From NCBI GenBank assembly GCA_013239625.1, contig MU054187.1:8885231-8949230 (forward strand): a stretch of 64,000 nt of DNA, written 5' to 3'. Below, piece by piece: positions 1 through 13,815 of the stretch; the stretch's first letter is position 1; each line of letters opens with the position of its first letter. The notes under the pieces were generated by a model, which searched no databases, was not told the DNA's origin, and worked only from the letters and a program-made list of their open reading frames with translations. The translations under genes were made by a program, and so were the position numbers. This DNA comes from Lama guanicoe. Lineage: Eukaryota.

Positions 1-879
1 TGTCCCTCATTCTGTCCAATAGAAAATATAATTCTAGATCAGATCTTTTGTCAAAGATGGGGTGTGTGATGTTCCTCTCCTACCATAGATCTCACCTTGT
101 GTAGAATAGAAACAGACAAAAAGCTTTGGAGATAAGCAAATAGATGAGGAATCTATTCCCAGGTTACTGAGTCATCAGCGCCACATTCTACACAGCAGAG
201 TGGAGTGCCAACCCCCCTGAAAATACAGTGGATCAAGAGTGTTTACAAGGAGAACTTTCAACAAGTACAAAAGAGAATCTGAGCATTTTCTGGTAGTTTA
301 AGGCTCCTGATACCAGAAGCAACCTCTCAGCACAGAATGGCCGGAGACATAAGTGAGGGGGAGAATTTAGGATGGGGTCAACAACACTTGGACAGTGAAA
401 GAACAGGAGCCCCGGCCAGGCTTGTACAGACTAGTCACTTAGTTACACTAGCAGAAGGATTTTTACCAGCTCCTTGATGAGGAGAAATTGGCAGATTAAA
501 ACAGCAGCACTGTATGCCATCTATAACATAGTGCACATAATTTTATTTGATATAATTTTTCCACAAAGTGTCATAGTTCTCATCCCACACTATGCTTTAT
601 TCATATTTAACTGCTCTTTTTCAACCCAGGGTTAAATAACTCAATCAAGTTTATATTATACTTAGAAAACTAGATGAAAAGGGGCCAAAATAGTATGGTA
701 GTGAAGATTTAGATATCTTCATTTACCAGATATTCATAAATAGAGTATCATAAGATATCCACTGGGGAAGTAGCATCTCTTACTGAATGCTATGTTAACT
801 CATTTCTATCAATTTGCTGGCTTATGTTTCCGGAGAAAATTCACCAATTCAAAACATCTGGATAATATGGATCATTTTT

Positions 880-3800
880 CTTAATTATTTTAAAGGAATA
901 TCTAAATTCATAAAAGAAGTAAGCAAAATCTCTTGGGGGCCAAAAATAAAGAAGAAATTGAAAACCAGAGCAGTGAGCTATCTCTGAGCTTTTCACTACA
1001 TTGAGAACTTTCCTTATTTATCGAAATCAAGTGGCTTGTGTTTTAACAGCCAAATAAGGACAGGAGACATGGCCTTGGCCTTAAACGTGGGGAGTTGTAA
1101 TGGAGTCCCTCTGTAAATTAGAAATTTTCAAAAACTGCAATTTCAGAAAAACAGTAAGCTAGAAAAATATCTAATCTCCAATCTTTAGTAGTAATTAGAT
1201 ACCTTGTCAATCCTAATCTGTATTTCTAGTTTAAAAAACAAAAAAACAATACCAGCTCTAACACTGGAGACTATGTTAATTATAGTCTGCTTAGCATTCC
1301 AGGAAGTTCAGATATCAACATAAAAAATAGTACCTGAATTGTTACATTCCCTAGAGCATCTAAAAGATCCAAACATAAAATATCTCTAAAGGGACATATC
1401 CTCAAATCAGTCAATCCAGACCATATCAGACTCCCATACATAAAATCCCAGGGAAAATTACCTCAACATCCAAAATTATGAAATTATATGAGAAACAAGT
1501 CACCATAAGAAAAATCTATGAGAAACAACAAATAGCAGAATTAGAACACTAGGAATAGTAAATACTATAATTACTGAATACTGAGCATAAATAAATAGTA
1601 AAAATAAACATGAGATACAAGATATTATCCAAAAAGACCAGGAAGATGAAAAAATAATAAAGAACTTCAGAAATTAAGACTATAGTTATAAAAATGTTAT
1701 TAAACTCAGAGGATGTTTCAAAGACCAAAGAAGACACAGTTAAAGAGAGAATTAAAGAAATGGAAGAAAAATGGATAGGAAATAGAATGGAGAAAATAAA
1801 ATGAAAAACATAAAAGAGGTTATAAAATATGAAAGATGGAATTATATGGCCCAACATTTAGACTAGAACTCGTAAAGGGTGAAAATAAGCAGAAGAGATT
1901 AACAAAGGATGCTGACTGAGAATTTTTCAGAATTGATAGAAGATGCTAAATTTCAGATTCAGGAATAGCAAAGAACCCCAAAGAGTATAAAAGAGAGGAA
2001 TTTACACTTGGATATTTTATAGCTCTTAAAAGACTACAGACAGATTTTCTACAAGAAATGACAAATTAGACTGACAGTAAATTTCTCAGGAGCAACAACT
2101 GATGTCAGAAATTAGTGAAATAATAACTTCTAAAAGCTGAGAGAAAATGAATTTCAGTCTATAACTTCACACTCAACTATCTGTCAAGAACAAAAACAAA
2201 GACATCTTAGATAAGCACCCTGAAAGATTTTACCATCAACTGTCCCAAATTAAGTAAATGCCTAAAGGATGTATTCAGAAAGAAGAGAATTAAACACCAA
2301 AGCAAGGAATGAGCTGCAGAAAATATGATGAGCAAAATAATCAATGAATATGTGGGCAAATATAAGAAAACATTGCATAAAACAAAATAAATAACAATCA
2401 TAACTAATTCTGGCTAAATACTAAATGCAGAACTAAAAGTCACCATGTTTATTTGAAACGGGAAAGAACTGGAAGCCAGGCCTAGAAATGGCACAGAGCA
2501 TTTCCACTCATATTCCATTGATCAGAACCAAGTATGATGCCACAACTACATGCAAAAATGGCTGGAAAGGAGCACATACCCAGGAAAAATTGGAAACAGA
2601 GTTGTAACTGCCACAGCTTGCCCTTTCTGCATCTAGCAACCTTTTCTATGTATATGAAAGATTAAAGGGCCAAAAAAAAATCCTAAAAAAGAATAATAAG
2701 GTAGGAGGATTTACCTTACCAGACATTCAAGCTTAAATATTACAAACAGGTGGTATTAATGGAGAAATAGACAAAGGATAGACAAAAGTAATCAACAGAA
2801 CACAATAGAAAGTCTAAAAGAAAATCTGCACATATATGATTTAGAGCTAGATGTGCAAATCAGTGGGGAATGGATTTTCAATAAATGGTGCTGAGATAAC
2901 TGGTTATCCATTCTGGAAGGGAAAAAAAGGAAATCTCTACCTTTCTCCTCACCAAAAAGAAGAAAAGATGTTGGGAGTAGATTTTAGGTGAACTAAACAT
3001 TCAAATAAAAAGGGTGAAATGATAAAACTTTTTGGAAACAACATAGGAGACTATTTTTATTACTTTGAGATAAGAAATGATTTTTGAAGACACATAAAGC
3101 ACAATACGTAAATTTTAAAGATTTATACATTCAACAGCACTAAATTTAGGAACTTATTCATTAAGTACAAAATAAACTGAGGATTTGTATGTAGAATATA
3201 TTTTGAGATTCCTTAAAAAATATGAAAGTAAAAGCCAAACAATCCAACAGAAAAATAGGTACAAGACTTAAAGAGGCACACCACTACAGTAATCTGAATG
3301 GCCAATGTAAATGAAAAGATGCTCAAAATCTTTAAAACTTGGTTGAATACAAATTGAAACCACGGTGAAATACCATTTTACACTCACCAGACTGGCAAAA
3401 GTTTAAAAGCCTAACAATATCAGGTTAACAAGGATATGGAGGTTGAGTTAGCACAACTGCTATAAAAATAATTTAACATTACCTAATAAAATCAAAATTG
3501 AGCATATCCTATGACCTATAAATTCCCCTCCTATTCAGACTCTAGAGAAATTTTTGTACACAGGTACAAGAATACTAACAGGAACACTATGAAAATAGAA
3601 AAGGAGAAAAAAAAAACCCACAAATGGAAGCAACACAAAAGTTCACCAACACTGGAAGGAATAAATTGATGGTGGTATAAAATATATGCATTGCAGTAGT
3701 GAAAATTAATGAATTGCCAGCACATGCAAGAACAAAGAAGAATCTCAAGAGCATACTGTTAAGTGGAAAGGACAAACTGAAGAATACGAAAATATGATTT

Positions 3801-3950
3801 CATTCCCATAAAGCTCAAAAATATACAAAACTAAGCAATATCTTATTAACAGATATAAACATACAGAAGAAGATATAAATATAAGCAATGAAATGTCAAC
3901 CAGAAAATTCAGGACAAGGGGAACCTCTGGGAAGAGACATGCAGATTTCA
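880..3950 (+). mobile_element. Old, degenerate L1 (L1M/L1ME-like): ORF1-region, ORF2 3' part and 3' UTR remnants
   Basis: A-rich ORF1-like stretch at 1480-2400. ORF2-like motifs include AAGAATAATAAGGTAGGAGGATTTACCTTACCAGAC (~2690), TTTTCAATAAATGGTGCTGAGATAACTGG (~2875) and ATACCATTTTACACTCACCAGACTGGCAAAA (~3370). Confidence 0.85.
2465..2620 (-). mobile_element. MaLR MLT1-type LTR fragment nested in the old L1
   Basis: CATTTCCACTCATATTCCATTGATCAGAAC...CAACTACATGCAAAAATGGCTGGAAA resembles reverse-oriented MLT1J/K. Confidence 0.55.
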
Positions 3951-4744
3951 AAGTGAACCCCAGCACACATGCCCAGAGTCTTCAAAGGAAATGTATTCTT
4001 TTCTTGATTAAAAACTACTCCACTGAAAAAGATGTGACAAGCCCCAACTACCCATTACCCACCACTAGTTGCAAGATAAAACATTACTAATTCATTAGCT
4101 TCATTCTTTATATTTAAAATGTTTAATGATTTTTATCAGAATACATCTTCACATGAATTTCTCAAGACTGATTTTGCCAAAACACTGTGAATCTTCTGGC
4201 TTCTCAGTTTCAGATCACTTTCAAATTGGAAGGAGGCAGGGAATAGTAGCAGACTCCTCTGTAATGAGCTCCTGCAAATCATGCTCTTGATGATATTCCT
4301 TCTTTATATCCTTTGCCTCAAACATTTTACAGTTAACCACATTTTACAGCTACATTTTACGGCTTCCAAATGAAGGTTAATGGCAGTTACAGAGAGATTA
4401 GGCCTAGAGAGAGTTTGGTTAGACCTAACAATGAATCTGGATGTGAGAAAGAAACTGATGGCATTTCTTTGGTAACCTGTCAAGAATACTGACAAGGGGC
4501 TAACAATGATGAATTGCATCAAACTATCTCTTGCTCTAAGTCAGAGCCCCATTCACATGCCACAGTCTAAGGATGGGTCTGGTGTTAGAGGTCAGACAAA
4601 ATTCTCCTTTAGACTATTCTCTTCTTTTCTAGAATTTTCCATGATGAAATAATCTCCTTGCCCAGTGGTGTCTCAAGTGCTCATGGCATAATGGCCAAAA
4701 TTGCTGTGAGCTTTCCAACGGATAACTCCAAGAGGGGCAGCTTC

Positions 4745-4960
4745 AGTGTGGGGAAGTGCACAGGCTTTGTGACAGCCTGGTGATAGCACCCACTCCTCCA
4801 CTTACTATCTGTGTGCCCTGGGGAAGTTGGTGCAATCTCTCTCCCTGGTTCACTTTACCAATTTCAAAATAAGGGAGAATATCACAGAGTTGTTCTGAGG
4901 GTTAAAGGTGTCAATGTACAAAGCACCTGGCATATAGTAAGTGCTCCAGAAAAGGTAGTT
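4745..4960 (+). mobile_element. MIR SINE
   Basis: MIR core TGTGCCCTGGGGAAGTT...CAGAGTTGTTCTGAGGGTTAAA...CCTGGCATATAGTAAGTGCTC. Confidence 0.8.
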
Positions 4961-5378
4961 GCCTTCCCCAGCCACTCTCTTCACACTGGCAAGTGAAGCC
5001 CTATATTCTCAATGTTCTGAACATCTGTTTAGAACTGACGAAAAGCTAGAATTTGAGATTATTAAAGAAGGACCACTGATAGAGCAGGGATCCCTGAATT
5101 TCTGTTCTTATTGCCTACGGTTTTTATAGTTCTTCAAAAATGCTTTATGAGCATTTAGAGCAATTTTCTGTTGAATGAGCTTTATACTACAAGCAATGAC
5201 ATTTATCTTAAAATTCTTATGAGAAGCTGGAAATAAAGCCTGGGCTTGATTGAGAATATAAAAAAACTAATGATAAAACAAAACCACTAGAAGCAAATAT
5301 GAAATCACAGAGATTAAGGAACTTCATTTGATTTTTACCTACACATTTAAAAAACCATTTTAAAAGATGTTTGGATTA

Positions 5379-5512
5379 TTTTTAAATTTTGTGTTGTTAA
5401 ATATAGATGATATTTTGACAATCTGGAAAACAAAAAAGCTATCTGCCTTTTTTTAAATTTTGTGTTACTAAATTCAGATAATATTTGGACAGTTTGGAAA
5501 ACAAAGAGCTAT
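5379..5512. repeat. Diverged direct tandem duplication, period about 71 bp
   Basis: TTTTTAAATTTTGTGTT...AGAT.ATATTT.GACA.T.TGGAAAACAAA.AGCTAT occurs twice (AAATTTTGTGTT at 5384 and 5455). Confidence 0.85.
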
Positions 5513-6117
5513 TTTAAGCCTAGCTTCAAGGGCTTTATCATAATCAGCTGATGTTTATATGTGTCTCTAGAGTGCATGGCTTTGCATTCTCCTTTGCAGA
5601 ATATTAAATAACATGAAAATATTGATTCTTGCCCTCTAGGGGTTTACATTCTAGGATATCTCATTCATTTGGGAGAAAACAATTCTTTCATTTTGAAAAC
5701 AGTAGGCAGATGGTTTAATCCATTGGGTTTAGTTTCAAACAAACAAACAAAAACATTTTTTGAAGTGTAGAAAAACTAAATGAAACAGATAAAAACATGT
5801 CAAGAGTTTTACATTTAATTTGGTTCTATGGAAACATTCAATATTAAGTGTTAAATATGCATAATATAACACACTTACTCTAAGTCATCAATTTAACATT
5901 CTTCAGTTTCTAAGAGAGTTCACTGAATTCTACAAGTATTTTTCCAATACCTACAATGCACCTGGTTGCTATGCACAAATTCTATCATCATTGGTTCACT
6001 TAATATTTGTTGAAAACATATTATGTGTCAGATGTAATTCTAACTCCTGGAAACATGATCCTTGAACAATAAAAACTTCCTGCCTGATCATTCAACATCA
6101 CTAGTATTGAACTGTTT

Positions 6118-6645
6118 CCCTTTTTTTTCAATTGAAGTATAGTCAGCTTACAATGTTGTGTCAATTTCTAGTGTACAGCATAATGTTTAAGACATGGATA
6201 TACATGCATATAATCATTTTCACATTCTTTTCCATTATAGGGTACTACAAGATATTGAATATAGTTCCCTGTGCTATACAGAAGAAACTTGTTTATCTAT
6301 TTTATACATAGTAGTTAGTATCTGCAAATCTCCAACTCTCAATCTATCCCTTCCCACTCTTTTATCTCCTGATAACCACAAGGTTGTTTTCTATGTCTGT
6401 GAGTCTGTCTCTGTTTTGCAAATAAGTTCATTTGTCTTTTTTTAGATTCCACATATAAGTGATATTATGTGGTATTTTTTTTTCTCTTTCTGGCTTACTT
6501 CACTGAGAATGACAATCTCCAGGTCCATCCTGTTGCCACAAATGGCATTATTATACTCTTTTTATGGCTGAGTAGTATTCCATTGTATAAATATTTCACA
6601 ACTTCTTTATCCAGTCATCTGTTGATGGACATTTAGGTTGTTGAC
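6118..6645 (-). mobile_element. 5'-truncated lineage-age L1 3' end with TSD
   Basis: T-tail followed by TTGAAGTATAGTCAG...ACAATGTTGTGTCAATTTC (reverse L1 3' UTR). TSD ATTGAACTGTTT at 6106-6117 and 6646-6657. Confidence 0.92.
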
Positions 6646-7199
6646 ATTGAACTGTTTTTTAAATTTAACACCGATAAGGATGTAAGGAACTTTGAAATGT
6701 GTTTTGTCTGACATTCTCACTTTTCAGTGAAGAATACCGAGGCAACACCAGAATGTGCCTAGAAAAGCTCATAATGTGTATGTTGCAAGTGTCCAGAAAT
6801 ATTTGAGGACAGCCATGAACTATAGATGGAGATCAACACTATGACAAAAATTCCACTCAGAACTTTGGTTCCTAAACACAAAGAAATTTCACACAAGTTA
6901 GTATTTGGGGTTAATTGATATTTACTACGTACTTACTATACTTAGGGAAACTTCTGATTACGCAACAAAATAGTAACAAGGAATGCCCTTGGAAAAAATG
7001 ATTATAAAGCAGCCAAAATAAGAGAATATCCTGAAAGAAAACCTCCTAATAGCTTCTCATTTCTTCTTTTGCCCACCTCTGATCAAGTTTACCCACGACA
7101 GCCAGAGGGAGCTTTTGAAAATACAAATTTATTTATGTCTCTTGCCTGAATAACACTTTCAATTTCTCAGTGCATTTCAATATAATCTGTGACAAAAAC

Positions 7200-7345
7200 T
7201 GTGATGGTTAATCCTAGGTGTCAACTTGACTGGACCATGAGGTACCCAGAGATTTGACTAAGCACTATTCTGGGGATGTCTGTGAGGATGTCTATAGATA
7301 AGATTAGTATTTTAATTGGTCAGTTAAGCAGATGGCCCTTACCCA
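7200..7345 (+). mobile_element. MLT2-type (ERVL) LTR 5' fragment
   Basis: Starts TGTGATGGTTAATCCTAGGTGTCAACTTGACTGG, the characteristic MLT2 5' end. Confidence 0.8.
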
Positions 7346-7879
7346 GCCTTCATCTTGAGGTTCCAGTCTCTGATTGCTAGAAAGATGCTGTTTTGTTATA
7401 AAGGTTGCAAGCGCTAAATGTAAAGATAGATAAAAGATAAAAGTTGTCCACTCAGAGCTCAAGTTACTAAAAGTCTACGTTACAGTGGCAATTGTAACAC
7501 TGGTTAAAAAAAACAGTAAGCTGAAAATGGTTGTTTTGAGTTTTGATTAGAATAATTGTAATTGAACAATTTGTTTTATGCTAATAATTAATCCAGAAAA
7601 AGATTAACATATGGTTTCTGAAAGAAGAAAGATTTGTGTATTTGTGATAAATTGCTAAAACTCAAAATAAAAGCTCATACTATCAAGTTTACAAATGATA
7701 TTTTGCTTAGGTGTTGAGTTCTCACAGAAAAATGAAGAATTAAAGCACCAGATCCCATCAAGACCAAATACTTAAGGAAAAGAGAAAAGGAAGGAAGGAG
7801 AAAAGGAAAGAAGGGAGGAAAGGAAAGGAGGGAGGGAGGAAGAAAGGACATAAATCAAGAGAACTGTACAGGATTTTCA

Positions 7880-9285
7880 AAAACAGACACATAGATCAAT
7901 GGAACAGAATAGAGAGCACGGAAATAAATCCACACCCCTGTGGTCAACTAATCTACAACAAAGGAGGCAAGAAAATACACTGGAGAAAAGACAGTCTCTT
8001 CAACAAGTGGTGCTGGGAGAGCCAGACAAGCAACATGTTAATCAGTGAGATTAGAATATACCTCACACCATATACACAAACTCAAAATGTGTTAAAGACC
8101 TAAGTGCAAGACCTGAAACCATAAAACTCCTAGAAGAGAACATAGGCAGAACACTCTGTGACAAAAATCATAGCAATATATGTTTGCATCTGTCGCTTAG
8201 GCAAAAGAAATAAAAGTAAAAATAAACAAATGGGACCTAATTAAACTGAAAAGCTTTTTCACAGCAAAGGAAACCACTGACAAAATGAAAAGACAACCTA
8301 TAGAATGGGAAAATACATTTGTAAATGGTATCACCAACAGGAGGTATATAATAACAAATATATAAACAGCTCATATAATTCAACATAAAAAAACTTCAAA
8401 AAATGAGCAGGAGACCTGGATAGACATTTTTCCAAAGGTGGCTAACAAGCATATGAAAAGATGCCCAACATTTCTTACTAGAGAAATGCAAACCAAAACC
8501 ACAACGAGACATCACCTCATACCTGTCAGAATGGCTGTCATCAAAGAGTCTACAAATAACAAATGTCAGTGAGGATGTGGGGAAAAGGGAACCCTTGTAC
8601 ACTGTTGGTGGGAATGTAAATTGATACAGTCACTATGGAAAATAGAAGGGAGGTTCCTCAAAAACTAAAAATAGAACTACCATATGATCCTCCTGGGTAT
8701 ATATCCAGAAAAAAATAAAAATACTAATTTGAAAAGATACATGCACTTATGTTCAGAGCAGCACTATTTATAACAGAGAAGACATGGAAGCAACCCAAAT
8801 GCCCATCAACAGACAAATGGATAAAGAAGATGCATTATGTAGACAATAGAATATTACTCAGCCCCTAAAAAGAATGAAATTCTGTCTTTTGCAGCAGTAT
8901 CGATGGACCTAGAGAATATTATGCTTAGTGAAGTCAAACAAAGACAAATTTTGTATGATATCACTTATATGTGGAATCTAAAAAATAATACAAATGAATC
9001 TATATACAAAACAGAAACAGATTCACAGAGGATTTTGGTTACCAAAGTGGAAAGAGAGGCAGTGAAGGATAAATTAAGAGAATGGGATTAACAGATAGAA
9101 ACTACTATACATAAAATAGACAAGCAACAAAGAATTATATATAGCACAGGGAACTACATTCAATACCTTATAATAACCTATATGGAAAATAATCTGAAAA
9201 AATATATATATATAACTGAATCACTTTGCTGTACACCTGAAACTAACACAATATTTAAATCAGCCATATTTTAATTTTTTTAAAA
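7880..9285 (+). mobile_element. L1 ORF2 3' part and 3' UTR (lineage-age)
   Basis: AACAGACACATAGATCAATGGAACAGAATAGAGAGC, ACAAATGGGACCTAATTAAACT, ORF MDLENIMLSEVKQ, and 3' UTR TATAACTGAATCACTTTGCTGTACACCTGAAACTAACAC. Confidence 0.93.
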
Positions 9286-10939
9286 AGAATGCAAAGAGAA
9301 AGAAAGATTACTGAGCATGCATTCCACACATGTACCTTTATTATATGCAAATTACTTACAAGTTACATTGTAACACTGTATTATACACATCATACAACAT
9401 ATATAAGAGTATACTTTATTAAAGAATGAGACAAAAAACAAATGCAAATGGCAGTGCTAGTATTTCTTTCTTTGCTCTAGCGAGTCACAGTGCACACTCC
9501 CTGGGATGAACATTCCCAGCTTGGAGGCCTCTGGTAGGAACTCCTCTGGGAAGCCCCAGTTGTATGTTCCCCGTCTTGTGTGACTGTGCTTCTGTCTCCT
9601 TGATTTGCCCTCAGGTGCCCTCCTCCTACCTGCCCACCAAAGGCAGGCACCCTCTTCTGAACCCAGCCCACTTCTGGACCCCAAAAACCCTGATTTATTT
9701 TGTTTCCAATCCTTTCACCCCTGGGACTCTGCTCTTAAACCTCAGCCACTGATCAGGAATTTGATCTTCAAACACACAGAAAATACCTGCAACCACAAAG
9801 GGGCCACTCACCTGGCTCACTCATTGGCTCTACCTGGAAACTCGTGCTGTTACAGCAAATCCTTCAAAGCACCTGGCTACTACACTGCTGCTCCTCGGGA
9901 AGTAAGACAGGAGTTGTTCAAGTAAAGCAACCATCCAGTGTTACACCCATCGGCTCCTGAGTCACGTAACACACAAGCGGGGATATGTCTATCTGACAGG
10001 CTGTAGCAGCACAAAGCAGAGTGTTCAGTATAATACATGTCTAATATATCTTTTGTGTCAGTTGTATTGACTTTCCTATTAATCATTAGCATACTAATTA
10101 AATAAAAATTCATTTATTACCACATTTTAGATTAGATTGGCTTTTTCCCCCTTTATGCCATCTGGTGTGTCTTCTTTCAGCACAGTCTCTTTCAAATATG
10201 CAATCTAAAGGTTATAAAACTCTCTGAAAATGTAATAACCAATACCACAGTTAAACAAATGCCTTCAAGGGACAAGAGAATTGCTTTGTTGAGCCTTTAG
10301 GTATCAGTGACATGGGGCAGCTGTGAGTCTGACGTCAATAACTGGAACAGCCTGGACTGCTCAGTCTCTCCAAAGTCACAAGATTCTCTAAAATCAGGAG
10401 GAAGGGGCTGAGACTTTCTGACTTGGCTCTTCTCGCTCTAAAATCCTGTTAATCTTGAAATTCTCATAGCTAACTAAGTTAACCAATTACCAAAGGAGAA
10501 ATGTAAGAAGACTGAAGAAAACCTTGTCCCCAAAGTGCTATGTCTAGAGGTCATGAAGTATGTTTAAATTAGTTTATCTCCCAGGAAATATTGCAATAAA
10601 GAAATAAAGAAAAGGAAATTAAAGAAGCAACTGCAAAAGAGTTCTAAATCCAAAAACAAAACACAAATTATTCTAAACAAGATAACTTTGATCACTAAAT
10701 TGTCACAAAGCAACACTGAGAACAAAAATACAACATTGAGAATAAATACAAAATCATATTTAACAATTACTTTACATCTCACCTTAAACTTGATAAACCA
10801 GAAAGCCATCAGGAAAAATTCAAGATTAGATAAAAGCATGGCCAGAAAAAGTGAAAATAAAATGGGAACATTCACCAACACTGCATTATTTCAACAAGGA
10901 ATATTTCATTATTAGAGAATGTTAGTGGGGAAAAAAGCA

Positions 10940-11800
10940 CTTCTGGATTGATTATTGTATTTTTCAATTCTAGAATTTCTAGTTCACTCTCTTTCAAATT
11001 TGCAATATCATTTTTTATAATTTTTAGTTCCTTAATGAAATGTTTAAGACTGAGATTTATCTTCCGAAGCATAATAAGCATGGCTTGTGTCAGTCTGCCT
11101 CTGGTAATTGCACCACCCAGATGCCCCACGGATCTGTTTCTGTGGTCTGTTGTTTATACTGGTTCTCATTCATGTTCTCTTGTCTCTCTGTGTGCCTAGT
11201 TATCTTTAGTAGTGTAATGAACATCCTAGGTTAAAAAAAAAAAAAGAACTTATAGTAGTAATTTGAAGCTGAGCATGATTTTTGTCTTCCTCCAAAAGAC
11301 TTCCATTTGCTTCTCCCAGGAACTCAGGGGCATTGGTAATCTAGCATCCATCTGGTCAAACTTCAGAGTTTGAAGTTTTGGGGCCCCCAGATAACGTGAA
11401 GCCTGGCTGGAATCCTCTTAAGAGATGGTGTCTGTCTGGTTCATGCTAACTCCTGGGGTGTGGCCTTTTGGTGCCCCATCCACAATCCAGATGTTCCCTC
11501 ACCCCCTCCAGTTTGGACCACCCTCTCTTTCCTGCACTGCGAGGCTATTGCAAGCACTGCTCAGTCTCTCGGCCACCTGTTCTGGGTTGATAAATGCTTC
11601 CCACACAGCAAAAGCAATCCCAAATGTCAGAATCATGTTTCTGGATTTCTGTCTTCTCTCCTGTCTTGACAAGGTAATTCTTTACTGTCTTGTCAGTTCT
11701 TAGATGCTTTTTGAAAGATTTTTAAATATTTTTTCAAATATTTTGGTCTATGTCAATAGAAGTATTGGTCCAAATTACTTAGCCCATCATTACAGGGGGA
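10940..11800 (-). mobile_element. Old L1 5'/ORF1 remnant
   Basis: Minus-strand ORF fragment IKELKIIKNDIANLKESELEILELKNTII resembles the L1 ORF1 coiled coil. Confidence 0.65.
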
Positions 11801-12019
11801 AGAAGTTCAACCACAATGTTGAAGCACCTGCTAAAAATGATATGAGGAAGCAAGTAAGCATTTATCATTGTTCTTTTAAAGTTTCCTATTGAACAATAAA
11901 TATATATCATTGTTTTCTTCACTCATATCTAGTTCCAAAAGAAAGTATTCAATGAGTTTCATACAAATTTTAGGATGGATTTCATTCAATTACATATTAA
12001 ACATAAATAATTCACCTCC

Positions 12020-13010
12020 ATGTAATAAATCATTTAACAAATGCTGATTGAGCATTTACTATGTGCTAGTCTCATTTTCAGTGCTTGGGATACATCAGTG
12101 AAGGGAACGAAGAACTTCCTAGCCCTTATGGTATTTATATTCTAGTGATAAGAGACAGATAACAAAAAATTAAATATATAAAAAGGTAAATTGCATGGTA
12201 TATTATATATTAATATATAACACTGGAAGGTGGTAGGTATTATGGAAAAGAGTAAGAGATGGGTAGGAGATTTGGAGAGTTAGGACAGGAAAGACAACTT
12301 ACAATTTTCCACAAAGTGGCCAGAGCAGGATTCACTGAAATGATGAAATTTTGGCAAAGACTTGACAGTAGTGAGGGAGTTACCCATGTGTACGTCTTGG
12401 GGCAGGAAGAACAGCCAGTGGGAAGACCCTAAGCTAAGACTTTTGTCCACGCTGATCATGGATCAGAGAAGCCATATGGCTAAAGTGGAAAGAGAGAGGG
12501 CAGGAGGGGGAAAGGATGAGTTGAGAGATAGTCAGGGTCGGGGAGGGGAGGGCCTTGGGGCCATTATAAGAACTGCAGCTTTCACTTTGAGAGCAGAGGG
12601 AGCCCTGCACCGAGCAGAGAAGGGTCTTGACCATTCTGACTGAGGTGTTGAGAACAGGTGGGAGGAAAAACAGGAGACCAGAGGGGAGCCCACTGTGGTA
12701 GCACAGAAAACAGACTGTACTGTCTCAACATACTTTGGATATATTTTCAAGGGAAGATCAATGAGATTTTGACAGATTAGATGTAGAGTGTGAGGAAAAA
12801 AAAAAAAGAGGATGTAAGTGTATGTCTCCAAGATTTTTGGTCTGAGCTGCCAGAAAGATGGAATTGCCTTCTACTGAGAAGGGGAAGGCAGAGGTGGAAC
12901 AGCTTCGGGGAAGACTCGGAAGGTAGTTTGGGTTGAGTGTGATGTGTCTACCAGGCAGTGGAGATACATATCCAAATCGGATATTTGAGTCAAGACATAA
13001 GGGGAGAAAT
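12020..13010 (-). mobile_element. L2 LINE fragment (3' part)
   Basis: TTAACAAATGCTGATTGAGCATTTACTATGTGCTAG (reverse L2 3' end) followed by a typical purine-rich L2 body. Confidence 0.85.
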
Positions 13011-13199
13011 CTTGCAATCCTGTTTTAATTTCACAGGAGGAATTACTGTTCTCATCTTGGCAGTGGTGGATTTAACCTACTGCTGTAGGTTTCTTTCTTA
13101 GTCCAAATTACAACACAAAGCTTACACTCAGCAATGTAATTTTCCTCCTTACCTAGAAAGACATTTGCTTTATGGGGTCTTGTAGCATGTTTTCCTAGA

Positions 13200-13815
13200 A
13201 GGGAAGGCTCCGTTTGAGTTTGTATCTCACCTCTGCCCCTTAGTACCTATGTGACCTTGGTCAAATCTCTTGTTACAAACCTTGACTAGATGTTCAACAC
13301 AGCTAGCTGTTTCCCCTTCTTCCTGGGACCTCATAAGTACCAGGCTCCCTGGAAATTGGGTGTGGCATGTTACTGAGTCCTTGCCCATGAAATGTGAGCA
13401 GAAGTGATGTATGCACACAGCAGTTAGGAACAAGCACTCCTCTCTCCACACTCTCCCTGACCCGGGCTCCCAGTCAAGTGCAGAGGATCCAGGGGGACCC
13501 TGGGGCCCTAAGGATGGCAGAGCCACGAGATGGAAAGAACCCGCTCTCCAATGGCTAGGTGGAGCAGAGCAGTCCTCTCCTGGGCCCTCATTTCACTGAA
13601 AGAGAAATAAACCTTGATTGCGTTAGACAACACAGATGTTGTGGTATTAAGAGCAGTTAGCCCAGCCTGTCTAATAAACTGTCTGCTCTTTTATTTCCTC
13701 AACAGTAAAAGTGAAAATAATAGAATCTACCTCATAGGGGTGATGGTAGGGGTCAGTGAGGCAACAAATGTAAGGGCTTAGCACAGACTGAGGCTGTATA
13801 AATGGTGGCTGCTTT
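13200..13815 (+). mobile_element. MIR split by an MLT1-type LTR (about 13270-13678)
   Basis: MIR 5' half ...CTATGTGACCTTGGTCAAATCTCT. LTR with ATGAAATGTGAGCAGAAGTGATGTATG and GAGAAATAAACCTT. MIR 3' half TTTCCTCAACAGTAAAAGTGAAAATAATAGAATCTACCTCATAGGG. Confidence 0.75.

Noticed and set aside
130..480. Coding-looking purine-rich stretch (PPENTVDQECLQGELSTSTKENLS)
   Set aside because: Short, needs a frameshift to extend, and has no splice signals or recognisable homologue.
4322..4362. Triple ACATTTTAC motif and other short spaced repeats (53295-53320, 55990-56020)
   Set aside because: Simple slippage repeats. There is no repeat-spacer architecture and the context is eukaryotic, so these are not CRISPR-like.
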